From an uncultured Candidatus Binatia bacterium (GTDB lineage: Bacteria; Desulfobacterota; Binatia; UBA9968; JAJDTQ01): a stretch of 64,000 nucleotides of DNA. Below the pieces are notes generated by a model that had not been told where the DNA came from, did no database searches, and saw only the letters and a list, made by a program, of their open reading frames with translations. Positions 1 to 8,593 of this stretch are shown piece after piece. The stretch is taken from assembly GCA_965215605.1 (NCBI GenBank), contig OZ244070.1:2624001-2688000 (forward strand), read 5' to 3'. Numbering within the stretch: position 1 is the first letter of the stretch; each line of letters starts with the position of its first letter. The translations under genes were made by a program, and so were the position numbers.

Positions 1-1
1 A

Positions 2-763
2 GCGCTGCCGCCCTTGTCGGACGGATCGTCCAACCCGTCGCTGTTCAACATCATCCGCAATGCCCGCGCCCTGGGCTACACGCCGGTCGTCGACGAGGAG
101 GGCCTCCGGCCGGTGTCGGAGCACTTCACCCGGGTGGCGAAGGAGGAGGGCTTCCCCATGGGCGAGCCGCTCCACTACGATGCCTACCACTTCCAGCACC
201 AAGTGCCCGGCGGGATGATCTCTAACCTGCGGCACCAGCTCGCCAACATCGGCATGGGCGCCCGCCTCGGCGAGGTGCTCGAAGAAGCGTGCCGGGTGCG
301 GGAGGAGTTCGGCTATCCCATCATGGTGACGCCGTACTCCCAGTTCGTCGGCAGCCAGTGCGCCATCAACGTGATCCTGGGCCGGCGCTACGAGCAGGTC
401 ACCGACGAGGTGATCCAGTACGCCATGGGACTGTGGGGCGAGGAGGAGGCATCGTCCATGGACCCGGACGTGCGCGACCGGATCCTGGACCGGCCGCGGG
501 CCAGGGAGCTCCGGAGCTGGAGGCCTCCGGACACCTCGCTCAAGGAGCTGCGGGAGAAGGTCGGCGGCCCGGGCGTGTCCGACGACGAGCTGCTGCTGCG
601 CTACTTCACCTCCGAGGAGGACGTGCGCGCCATGCAACAGGCGCCGGCGCGGTCCCGGAACGGCGGCAGCCATTTGGTAGGGTTGATCAAGGCCCTGACC
701 GAGCGCTCCGAGGCGAAGCAGATCTTCATCCGCAGGCCGGACCTCTCGGTGCGCCTGGGCTGA
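2..763 (+). CDS. Pyruvate carboxylase subunit B / oxaloacetate decarboxylase alpha-like carboxyltransferase, C-terminal part (5' end outside window)
   Basis: Frame is open from base 2. Motifs HQVPGGMISNL and GYPIMVTPYSQFVG are typical of the conserved carboxylase domain. Confidence 0.8.
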   Translation, partial: ALPPLSDGSSNPSLFNIIRNARALGYTPVVDEEGLRPVSEHFTRVAKEEGFPMGEPLHYDAYHFQHQVPGGMISNLRHQLANIGMGARLGEVLEEACRVREEFGYPIMVTPYSQFVGSQCAINVILGRRYEQVTDEVIQYAMGLWGEEEASSMDPDVRDRILDRPRARELRSWRPPDTSLKELREKVGGPGVSDDELLLRYFTSEEDVRAMQQAPARSRNGGSHLVGLIKALTERSEAKQIFIRRPDLSVRLG

Positions 764-800
764 CCACCCCTTTGGGGGGACTCCCCGAGCCTCGCCCTTC

Positions 801-1838
801 CTAGATCCCGTAGAACCGCTTGGCGTTGTCGTACAGGATCTTGTGCTTGAGTCCCTGGGACAGGTCGGGGCGTTCCAGGAACTCGGGGATGTCGGTGCCG
901 AACTCCGTCACCGCCTTCTCGTGGGGGTAGTCCGACGGGTACATCAGGGTGTCCTCGCCCAGCTCCCGGGCCACCACGTCGAGGATCTTCTCGTCCAGTT
1001 CGCAAGTGACGAAGACGTTGCCTTCCTGGATGTACTCGCTGGGCAGCTTCTTTAGCGGGAAGTGCTTGCGCTTGCGGTCCACGTGGAACTTGTCGTCCAT
1101 GCGCTCCATCATGTACGGGACCCAGCCGGCCCCGGCTTCCAGGTAGCCCACCCGGAGCCTCGGAAAGAGCTCGAACACGCCGTCGAGCACCATGCTCGCC
1201 ATCTGGATCATCTGGGCGATGGGGTGCTCCAGGGTGTGGATCATGGACATGGTCTGGAGGTAGTCGAACCCGAGCCCCTGGCTCGGCGCGCCGTGGATGG
1301 CCAGCGGACAGTCCAGGTTCTGCGCCTCCTGGTAGAGCGGGTGGAAGTCGGAATGGCCGAAGCCCTTGTGCAGCACGTTGACCGCGGGCAGGAGGCCGGC
1401 GACCATGCCCTGCTCGGTGACCGCGTGGCGCAGTTCTTCCACCGCCTGGGGCACATCGTGCACCGGCAGGATCGCCACTCCCTTGAGGCGCGGGCTCGTC
1501 CGCGTGTACTTGTCGTGGAACCAGTTGTTGTAGGCCCGGGCCAGCCCGCCGGCCCAGTCGGAGTCCTGGATGAGACCGAAGGCCAGCCCTGCGGTGGGAT
1601 AGAGCACGGCCGCCTCGATGCCCGCCCCGTCGATGAACTCCAGCCAGCTCTCGGGCGAGGTCTGGCTGGCCTTCTTGACCCCCTTGACCGCGCCTCGGGG
1701 CCAGCCGTCGAGCGAAGGGAACAGTCCGAACACCTTGTGCCTTCGGTGGCCCTCGTAGGGGCCTTCGAAGTATTCCTCGAGCTCGTCGTTGTCTTCGAGA
1801 ATGTGTCCGTCGGCGTCGATGATGGGAACGCTTGCCAT
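801..1838 (-). CDS. Amidohydrolase family protein (amidohydro_2 type)
   Basis: IIDADGH metal motif, LAIHG, YLEAGAGW, YPSDYPH, ILYDNAKRFY. GGAG Shine-Dalgarno upstream. Confidence 0.9.
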   Translation of the reverse strand: MASVPIIDADGHILEDNDELEEYFEGPYEGHRRHKVFGLFPSLDGWPRGAVKGVKKASQTSPESWLEFIDGAGIEAAVLYPTAGLAFGLIQDSDWAGGLARAYNNWFHDKYTRTSPRLKGVAILPVHDVPQAVEELRHAVTEQGMVAGLLPAVNVLHKGFGHSDFHPLYQEAQNLDCPLAIHGAPSQGLGFDYLQTMSMIHTLEHPIAQMIQMASMVLDGVFELFPRLRVGYLEAGAGWVPYMMERMDDKFHVDRKRKHFPLKKLPSEYIQEGNVFVTCELDEKILDVVARELGEDTLMYPSDYPHEKAVTEFGTDIPEFLERPDLSQGLKHKILYDNAKRFYGI

Positions 1839-1888
1839 GGATCGCTCCTCCTCTCCTGCTCCGAATGCCTACTCCAGTCGCGGCAGCG

Positions 1889-1909
1889 TGTCAAAGCGCG
1901 TCCTTGACA
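1889..1909. promoter_or_regulatory. Back-to-back -35 hexamers / inverted repeat TGTCAA-N9-TTGACA between divergent genes
   Basis: TGTCAA at 1889-1894 and TTGACA at 1904-1909. Matching -10 boxes are weak. Confidence 0.35.
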
Positions 1910-1998
1910 TTGCGGGTGAGTCTTTCTAACTGTTCGCACTGGACCGCCCGCATCCGCCGTTCCGGGTCCGACCCGCGAAATCCGCAGCAGGAACAGGA

Positions 1999-3000
1999 GT
2001 GAACGTGAGTCTCAAGCTTGGCATAACCATCCCCACCTACACCTGGCCGGACATGGACTACCGGATGGCGCACACCGTGGTGCAGGACTACGCCAGAAAG
2101 ACCGAGGAACTGGGGTTCGAGTCACTGACCGTGTGGGACCATCTCACCGACGCGCCGGGGCTTTACGGCGGCTCCTGGATGGATCCCCTTATCTGCCTTT
2201 CGGCGGCGACGGCATGCACCGAGCGCATCAAGCTGGGCACCCACATCCTGGTGTTGCCGTTGCGCCATCCCGTGCTGCTGGCCAAGGAGATCGCCACCCT
2301 GGACTACATCTCCGGCGGGCGGTTCTTCTTCGGCGTGGGGCCGGGCTGGAGCAAGCCCGAGTTCGACGCCATGGGCATCGACCTGCGGCAGCGGGGGCGC
2401 CGCACCGACGAGATCCTGGACGCAGTGAAGCTGCTGCTGACAGAAAAGAACGTGTCGTTCAAGGGCGAGTTCTTCCAGTTCGACGACGTCACCATCGATC
2501 CCATGCCGCCCAGGTATCCGGAAGTCTGGGTGGCCGGCGGCTCGCGCATCCCCGACGAACTGTCGCCGGACAAGCCCTACATGGTGAAGACCGTGATGCG
2601 GCGCATCGCCAAACACGCCGACGTCTTCACCTGCCGCGCCTCGGGCAAGCTGGAGTGGGTCAAGCGTGACCTCGAGACCGTCAGCGAGTTCCTCAAGTCG
2701 GAGGGCCGGGACCCCGCCACCCTGGGCTTCGCGCATGTGCAGGCCATCTACGTCGTAGACACCCAGGACCCCGAGGAGGCGCTGCAGATCCAGCGCCCCC
2801 ACATCGAGCGCATGATGGGCAGCAACCGGAGTTGGGACCACCTCCAGGAATGCTACATGGTCGGCAGCGTCGACCAGATCGTGGCGAAGCTGAAGATCCT
2901 GGAGGCCGCGGGCATGGAGCACGTCACCTTGCAGCCCGCGGGCCCGGACATCGAGCAGGTGGACCTTATCGCGGAGAAGATCGCGCCGCACTTCGGGTAG
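1999..3000 (+). CDS. LLM-class (luciferase-like) flavin/F420-dependent oxidoreductase
   Basis: GFESLTVWDH, RIKLGTHILVLPLRHPVLLAKEIATLD, GVGPGW. AGGA Shine-Dalgarno before GTG. Confidence 0.9.
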   Translation: MNVSLKLGITIPTYTWPDMDYRMAHTVVQDYARKTEELGFESLTVWDHLTDAPGLYGGSWMDPLICLSAATACTERIKLGTHILVLPLRHPVLLAKEIATLDYISGGRFFFGVGPGWSKPEFDAMGIDLRQRGRRTDEILDAVKLLLTEKNVSFKGEFFQFDDVTIDPMPPRYPEVWVAGGSRIPDELSPDKPYMVKTVMRRIAKHADVFTCRASGKLEWVKRDLETVSEFLKSEGRDPATLGFAHVQAIYVVDTQDPEEALQIQRPHIERMMGSNRSWDHLQECYMVGSVDQIVAKLKILEAAGMEHVTLQPAGPDIEQVDLIAEKIAPHFG

Positions 3001-3037
3001 GCGTGGGAACGACGCTGACGTTACAGGAGAACCCAAC

Positions 3038-3736
3038 GTGCGTACGCTGAATCTGACGGTGGTCGAGGCCGACGGCGGCCGCTCGGACCTGGAGTTTCCG
3101 GTGGCTCGGATCCTGGACGCGGGGTTCACGGGCAAGAACCGGGAAGGGGCCATGAAGCACGTGGAGGAGCTCAAGGCCCACGGCGTGGCCGCGCCGGACC
3201 GCATCCCCGCCTATTTCGCGGTGACCCGGGAGTTGGTCACCACCGACGACGAGATCGAGGTGTTGGGCGACGACACTTCAGGGGAAGTGGAGGTGGTGTT
3301 CCTGTTCAAGGAAGAAGAGACCTACATCGCCGTGGGCAGCGATCACACGGACCGGGAACTCGAGAAGGACAGCATCCCCAAGTCCAAGGTCATCTGCCCC
3401 AAGGTGGTGTCCCGCGAGGTGTGGAAGCTCGCGGACGTGGAGCCCCACTGGGAACGGCTGAGGCTCCAGAGCTGGATCGAGGTGGACGGCCGGCGCACGC
3501 TCTATCAGGAGGGATCCCTGGCTGACTTCCTCACCGTCGACGACTTTCTCGACGGCGTGAGGTCCGTGGTGACGGCCGGATCGCTGGACGGCATGGTGCT
3601 GTACATGGGGACCATGCCCAGCCTGGGCGGACAGCTCCTGTTCTCGCCCGTCTTCGAGGGCCGCCTTTCCGACGAGGTCCGCGGGCGCGAGCTGTCGTTC
3701 CGCTACCGCATACGCCCCATGGACTGGCTCGCGTAG
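3038..3736 (+). CDS. DUF2848 family protein
   Basis: AGFTGKN...HVEEL, TSGEVE, VGSDHTDRELE, SKVICPK pattern. Confidence 0.8.
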   Translation: MRTLNLTVVEADGGRSDLEFPVARILDAGFTGKNREGAMKHVEELKAHGVAAPDRIPAYFAVTRELVTTDDEIEVLGDDTSGEVEVVFLFKEEETYIAVGSDHTDRELEKDSIPKSKVICPKVVSREVWKLADVEPHWERLRLQSWIEVDGRRTLYQEGSLADFLTVDDFLDGVRSVVTAGSLDGMVLYMGTMPSLGGQLLFSPVFEGRLSDEVRGRELSFRYRIRPMDWLA

Positions 3737-3766
3737 CCGCCGCCGGCTGCAAACATCGAGGCCTGT

Positions 3767-4567
3767 GTGATGAGTGACCATCGAGAACGACGGATTCGCG
3801 TCGCATCCATCCAGATGGGCATGGACGACGGGGGCAAGGCCTCCAACGTCAACCGCGCCGCCGCCCTCATCGACGGCGTGGAAGGGGCCGACCTGATCCT
3901 GCTCCCGGAGATCTGGAACGTCGGCTACTTCGCCTTCGACGACTACGGCGCCCAGAGCGAGAGCCTTTCCGGCCCCACCGTGTCCATGCTGCGGGAGAAG
4001 GCCGCCGCCAAGGGCGTGTTCCTTTTCGGCGGCAGCATCGTGGAGGATGACGGCGGCGCGTACTACAACACCAGCGTCCTCATCGACCGGCAGGGCGACG
4101 TCATCGGCACCTACCGCAAGATCCACCTCTTCGGCTACCAGTCCGAGGAGGCGCGTCTGCTCAAGCGGGGCGAAGCGCCGACGGTGGTGGACACGGATCT
4201 GGGGAAGTTCGGGTTGTCCACCTGCTACGACCTGCGGTTCCCGGAGCTTTACCGCCGGATGGCGGTCGCCGGAGCCGAGGTGTTCCTGGTGGCATCGGCC
4301 TGGCCGTATCCTCGTCTGGAGGCTTGGCTCCTGCTGAACCGCGTGCGCGCGCTGGAGAACCAGTGCTACCTGGTTTCCAGCAATTGCACCGGCAGCAACC
4401 GGGGAAAGGGTTTCGTCGGACATAGTACGGTGGCCGACCCCTGGGGGACGGCGCTGGCGTCCGCCGGCGACGGCGAGTGCGTGGTGAGGGCGGAACTGGA
4501 CCTGGGCCGGATTCCAGAGATCCGGACGACGTTCTCGGCGTTCCACGACCGCGTCCTGATTGACTAG
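3767..4567 (+). CDS. Carbon-nitrogen hydrolase (nitrilase superfamily)
   Basis: Glu-Lys-Cys triad motifs LLPEIW, YRKIHLF, TCYDLRFPE, plus RALENQ. Confidence 0.92.
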   Translation: MMSDHRERRIRVASIQMGMDDGGKASNVNRAAALIDGVEGADLILLPEIWNVGYFAFDDYGAQSESLSGPTVSMLREKAAAKGVFLFGGSIVEDDGGAYYNTSVLIDRQGDVIGTYRKIHLFGYQSEEARLLKRGEAPTVVDTDLGKFGLSTCYDLRFPELYRRMAVAGAEVFLVASAWPYPRLEAWLLLNRVRALENQCYLVSSNCTGSNRGKGFVGHSTVADPWGTALASAGDGECVVRAELDLGRIPEIRTTFSAFHDRVLID

Positions 4568-4599
4568 CAAACACACTTGTATCCCAAGGGAGGAAAGAG

Positions 4600-4953
4600 A
4601 TGCCAAAGGAAGAAAGAGAGTTCTTCGACACCAGCACCATCGACTGGAAGCCCGTTGGCGCGGGCTCGGGTGCGACCGCCGAGGGGATCACGGAGAAGAT
4701 CCTGAGCCACGACCCGGAAACGGGCGACTACGCCCGCATGGTCAACTTCTCGGCCGGCGTGGAAACCGACGAAACCATCGACCACGATTTCTGGGAAGAG
4801 GTCATCATCATCGAGGGCAGCCTCATCGATACCCGCCTCAACCAGGAGTTCACCAAGGGCATGTACGGTTGCCGTCCGCCGGGCATGCCGCACGGGCCCT
4901 ACAAGAGCCCCAACGGCTGCATCACCTTCGAACTGCGCTATTTCAAGAAGTAG
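4600..4953 (+). CDS. Cupin domain protein (ChrR-like)
   Basis: HDFWEEVIIIEG and RPPGMPHGP cupin motifs. Strong GGAGG Shine-Dalgarno. Confidence 0.8.
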   Translation: MPKEEREFFDTSTIDWKPVGAGSGATAEGITEKILSHDPETGDYARMVNFSAGVETDETIDHDFWEEVIIIEGSLIDTRLNQEFTKGMYGCRPPGMPHGPYKSPNGCITFELRYFKK

Positions 4954-4970
4954 GCGGCGCGAATACGGCT

Positions 4971-5133
4971 TAGTGTCCTATCCGGTTCATTCGCGCAATC
5001 AGATGCGCAGGATTTTTTGTTGTCGGCAAGGCGCGATGACGAGCAGTGGCGGTTACCACGCGAGGAAGAGCAACGCAGCCGACGGCAAAAAAGACCCGCA
5101 GATGATTCCGCGAATGAACCGGATAGGACACTA
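4971..5133. mobile_element. MITE-like palindromic element with 25-bp perfect terminal inverted repeats
   Basis: TAGTGTCCTATCCGGTTCATTCGCG (4971-4995) and its exact reverse complement (5109-5133). Imperfect pairing continues inward. Ends sit in TTAG/CTAG context. No plausible ORF. Confidence 0.75.
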
Positions 5134-5134
5134 G

Positions 5135-7402
5135 ATGCCGCAGTTCACCACCGTCGGCCGTTCCATCCGCCGCGCTGAAGGGGCGGAGAAGGTCACCGGC
5201 AAGGCCCGGTTCACGGCCGACCTGGATTTCCCCGGGCTGCTGGAGGGCAGGGTCCTCCGCAGCCCGTTTCCGCACGCCCTGATCGAAAGCATCGACGTGA
5301 GCGGCGCCGAGGCGCTTCCGGGCGTCCGCGGCGTGTTGAGCCGGGAATCCGTCAAGGACATCGATCCCTACTACGGCCACTGCCTGCGGGACCGCCCGCT
5401 CATCGCCACCGACCGCGTGCGCTACGTGGGCGAGCCGGTGGCGGCGGTGGCGGCGGAATCCGGCGGTGTCGCCGACGAGGCCCTGTCGCTGGTGCGTGTA
5501 CGCTACCGGGAGCTCCCGATGGCGGCCACTATGGACGAAGCCCTGTCGCCGGACGCTCCGGTGCTGCACGACGCCAACGCCCTGGCGGGGGAATACCACG
5601 AGATGGCGGCCGTGGAGGAGGAGGCGCCGCGCAACGTCTGCCACCACGAAAGGCTGGAGGACGGCGACATCGCCGCGGGCTTCGAGCAGGCCGATGCGGT
5701 CTTCGAGGACACCTTCGAGTTCCCGATGATCTGCCACTACTCCCTGGAGCCTCACACCGCGGTGGCTCGGTTCGAGGGAGACGAGATCGCGCTGTGGACC
5801 TCCTCCGCCCACCCGTTCCTCATCCGCGCCGAGATCGCGCAGATGTTCCGGGTGCCCATGCCCAACGTGCGGGTGACCGTGCCCTACGTGGGCGGCGCCT
5901 TCGGCGGCAAGTCCTACTTCAAGATCGAGCCCTTGGCGGTGGCGCTGGCGCGCACCGCCGGCGGGCGTCCCGTCCGGCTCGCCCAGAGCGCCTCCGAGTC
6001 CATGCTCACCATCCGGCGCCACTCGGCCCGCTGCCGCGTGAAGACCGGCGTTCTGCGGGACGGCACGGTTCTGGCGCGGGAAGCGGAGCTGCACCTGGAC
6101 ACGGGCGCCTACGCCGACAACGGCCCCCGGGTGGCCAAACGCGTGGCCACCCGCATCCACGGCCCCTACCGCATTCCCCACTACCGCATCGACGTCTACG
6201 CCGTGTACACCAACACCGCCCCCGCGGGCTCCATGCGCTCCATCGGCGGACCCCAGTCCATCTTCCCGCTGGAGTCCCACATGGACGGCGTCGCACGGGG
6301 CCTGGACCTCGACCCGCTGGCGTTCCGCCTCAAGAACCTGCTGCGCCGGGACGAGGAGTTGAAGCCCGGCGCCAAGCCCATGGACGCGGACCTGCACATG
6401 GACCTGCGCAAGCTGGCCTCCATGGTGGACTGGGACGAGAGCCAGGGTCCGCCGGCCGACAACTTGGGCATCGCCGTGGGCGTCACCGACTCCGAGGCCA
6501 TGCCGGTATCCACCGCCATCCTGCGCCTCCTGAGCGACGGCAGCGTGGTGCTCATGGCCGGCAGCACCGAGGTGGGGCAGGGGGCTCGCACAGTGCTGGG
6601 CCAGGTGGCGGCCGAGGGGCTTCGCCTCTCGCCGGAACGGATCGTGATGCGCGCCACCGACACCGACGTGACCCCATTCGACCGCTCCACCGGCGCCAGC
6701 CGCTCCACCACCGTGATGGGCACCGCGGTCAAGTTCGCCGCCGAGGACCTCGCCGAGCAGATCCGGAATGCGGCGGCCGAGGCCATGGATTGCGCTGCCG
6801 CCGACGTGACCCTGGAGGATGGCTGGGCCGAGGCCGGCGGACAACGGATGGACTTCGGCGCGGTAGTGCGGGCGTTCTTCGCCATGCCCGGAGGCGAGTT
6901 CATCGGCCGGGGCTACGTGCGCGCCGGCGGCGGCATCCCCGCGCAGTTCCCGGTGTTCTGGGAGACCGGCATGGGCGCGGCGGTAGTAGACGTGGACGAG
7001 GAAACGGGCGAGGTGCGCGTGCCCCACTACGCCAGCGTCGCCGACGTGGGCAAGGCCATCAACCGGCTTCAGGCCGAGGCCCAGGACGAGGGCGCGGCCA
7101 TGATGGGCATGGGCCACACCCTGTGCGAGAGCCTGCTGTACGAAGGCGGCCAGCCCCTCAACCCCAATCTCATCGACTACAAGGTGCCGGGATTCTCCGA
7201 CATGCCGCGCCGGTTCGAGGTGGCGCTGATGGAGAACCAGGACGGCCCCGGCCCCTGGGGCGCCAAGGGCATGGGCGAGTCCGGCATCGTCGCGGTGGCG
7301 CCCGCGGTGGTCAACGCCATCGCCCGGCTCACCGGAGTCCGCATCCGCGAACTGCCGCTTACGCCCGAGCGCGTCTGGAGGGCGCTAAAGGCCAAGGCTT
7401 GA
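5135..7402 (+). CDS. Xanthine dehydrogenase family molybdopterin-binding subunit
   Basis: KVTGKARFTAD, LRSPFPHA, VGGAFGGK, EVGQG, GAKGMGES, ELPLTPE. Confidence 0.92.
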   Translation: MPQFTTVGRSIRRAEGAEKVTGKARFTADLDFPGLLEGRVLRSPFPHALIESIDVSGAEALPGVRGVLSRESVKDIDPYYGHCLRDRPLIATDRVRYVGEPVAAVAAESGGVADEALSLVRVRYRELPMAATMDEALSPDAPVLHDANALAGEYHEMAAVEEEAPRNVCHHERLEDGDIAAGFEQADAVFEDTFEFPMICHYSLEPHTAVARFEGDEIALWTSSAHPFLIRAEIAQMFRVPMPNVRVTVPYVGGAFGGKSYFKIEPLAVALARTAGGRPVRLAQSASESMLTIRRHSARCRVKTGVLRDGTVLAREAELHLDTGAYADNGPRVAKRVATRIHGPYRIPHYRIDVYAVYTNTAPAGSMRSIGGPQSIFPLESHMDGVARGLDLDPLAFRLKNLLRRDEELKPGAKPMDADLHMDLRKLASMVDWDESQGPPADNLGIAVGVTDSEAMPVSTAILRLLSDGSVVLMAGSTEVGQGARTVLGQVAAEGLRLSPERIVMRATDTDVTPFDRSTGASRSTTVMGTAVKFAAEDLAEQIRNAAAEAMDCAAADVTLEDGWAEAGGQRMDFGAVVRAFFAMPGGEFIGRGYVRAGGGIPAQFPVFWETGMGAAVVDVDEETGEVRVPHYASVADVGKAINRLQAEAQDEGAAMMGMGHTLCESLLYEGGQPLNPNLIDYKVPGFSDMPRRFEVALMENQDGPGPWGAKGMGESGIVAVAPAVVNAIARLTGVRIRELPLTPERVWRALKAKA

Positions 7403-7522
7403 TGAACGATTGCCCCGCGCCACACGACGACGTGCGGCATCTTGTTGCCTTCGGCGCGTAATTGCCAGGGGCGGGCCGTGCCCGCCGTGTCACGGGCTGG
7501 CACGAAACCACAGGAGCGAGAA

Positions 7523-8530
7523 ATGAAATTCGGCATCCAGCTCAACCCCCAGGTCTCCATCGACAAGCCCCCCGAGACCCTTCTGCCCACGCTGGCGGAG
7601 CAGACCCGGGTGGCCGACGAAGCCGGCTTCGAGGCCATCACCATGGGCCAGCACTACAACATCCCGGGTTTACAGCGGCTTCACCAGGTGCCGCTCCTTG
7701 GGCGGCTCTGCGCCGAGGCGAAAAGGGCCAGCGTCGGCACCGCCACCACGCTGCTGGGTCTCCACGACCCCGTGGTCATCGCCAAGGAGCTGGCCACCAT
7801 CGACGTCATGAACGAAGGCCGCTCGGTTTTCTCCTTCGGCTTGGGCTACCGGCAGCAGGAACTGGACGCTTTCAACCTCACGAAGAAGCAACGCTTCGAC
7901 CGTTTCGTGGAAGGGGTCGAGATCGTCCAGCGGCTGTGGACCGAGGAGCACGTCTCGTTCTCCGGCAAAGCGTTCGAGTTGAAGGACGTGACTATCGGGC
8001 CGCGCCCGCTGCAGAAGCCGCGCCCGCCGGTCTGGATCGCCGCCAACGGCGACAAGGGCGTAAAGCGTGCCGCCCGCATCGGCGACGGCTGGCTGGTGGG
8101 ACCCCACTCGGCCATTGAGGAGCTGAAGGACCAGACCGCGCTGTTCCGCCAAGCCTGGGCCGACACCGGCAAACCCGGCGCCGGCGCCTTGGTCATGGTC
8201 CGCGAGTGCTTCGTCGCCCCTACCCGTGAAGACGCCGTGGCCAAGGCCCGTCCCTGCCTCGACAAGCTCTACCGCGACGTCTACGTCAAGTGGGGCCAGG
8301 ACGAAGCCATGACCAACCCCGACGAGCTCACCTGGGACTTCGACCGCCTGGCGCGCCACCGCTTCATCCTCGGCTCCCCCGAGGACTGCATCGAAGAGAT
8401 ACGCTCCTACGAGGAATCCCTCGAGCCGGACCTGTTGCTGTTGCGCTTCGACTGGACGCCGGGGCTGGAGCAGAAGGAAATCTTGGCGGCCATGGAATTG
8501 TTTGGGTCGGCGGTGCTTCCGCGGGTGTGA
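7523..8530 (+). CDS. LLM-class flavin-dependent oxidoreductase
   Basis: Start set at MKFGIQ after AGGAG. IAKELATID, GLGYR, PLQKPRPPVWIA. Confidence 0.88.
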   Translation: MKFGIQLNPQVSIDKPPETLLPTLAEQTRVADEAGFEAITMGQHYNIPGLQRLHQVPLLGRLCAEAKRASVGTATTLLGLHDPVVIAKELATIDVMNEGRSVFSFGLGYRQQELDAFNLTKKQRFDRFVEGVEIVQRLWTEEHVSFSGKAFELKDVTIGPRPLQKPRPPVWIAANGDKGVKRAARIGDGWLVGPHSAIEELKDQTALFRQAWADTGKPGAGALVMVRECFVAPTREDAVAKARPCLDKLYRDVYVKWGQDEAMTNPDELTWDFDRLARHRFILGSPEDCIEEIRSYEESLEPDLLLLRFDWTPGLEQKEILAAMELFGSAVLPRV

Positions 8531-8543
8531 TTGGCGGCGTCTC

Positions 8544-8572
8544 CGTGATTCCCGCGAAAGCGGGAATCCAGG
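8544..8572. repeat. REP-like palindrome (CGTC-type)
   Basis: CGTGATTCCCGCGAAAGCGGGAATCCAGG between convergent genes. Near-identical copy at 14804-14833. Confidence 0.75.
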
Positions 8573-8593
8573 TGCGGACGGTCGTGTGAGGGG

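Noticed and set aside
4970-7117. Long antisense and alternate-frame ORFs (e.g. 4970-7117, 15648-17363, 31852-33693, 41956-43845, 62202-63701)
   Set aside because: They are shadow ORFs of high-GC coding sequence that overlap well-supported genes and carry no family motifs.
5135-7402. Aerobic CO dehydrogenase CoxL
   Set aside because: It lacks the AYxCSFR and AYRGAGR loops, and no coxM/coxS is adjacent.
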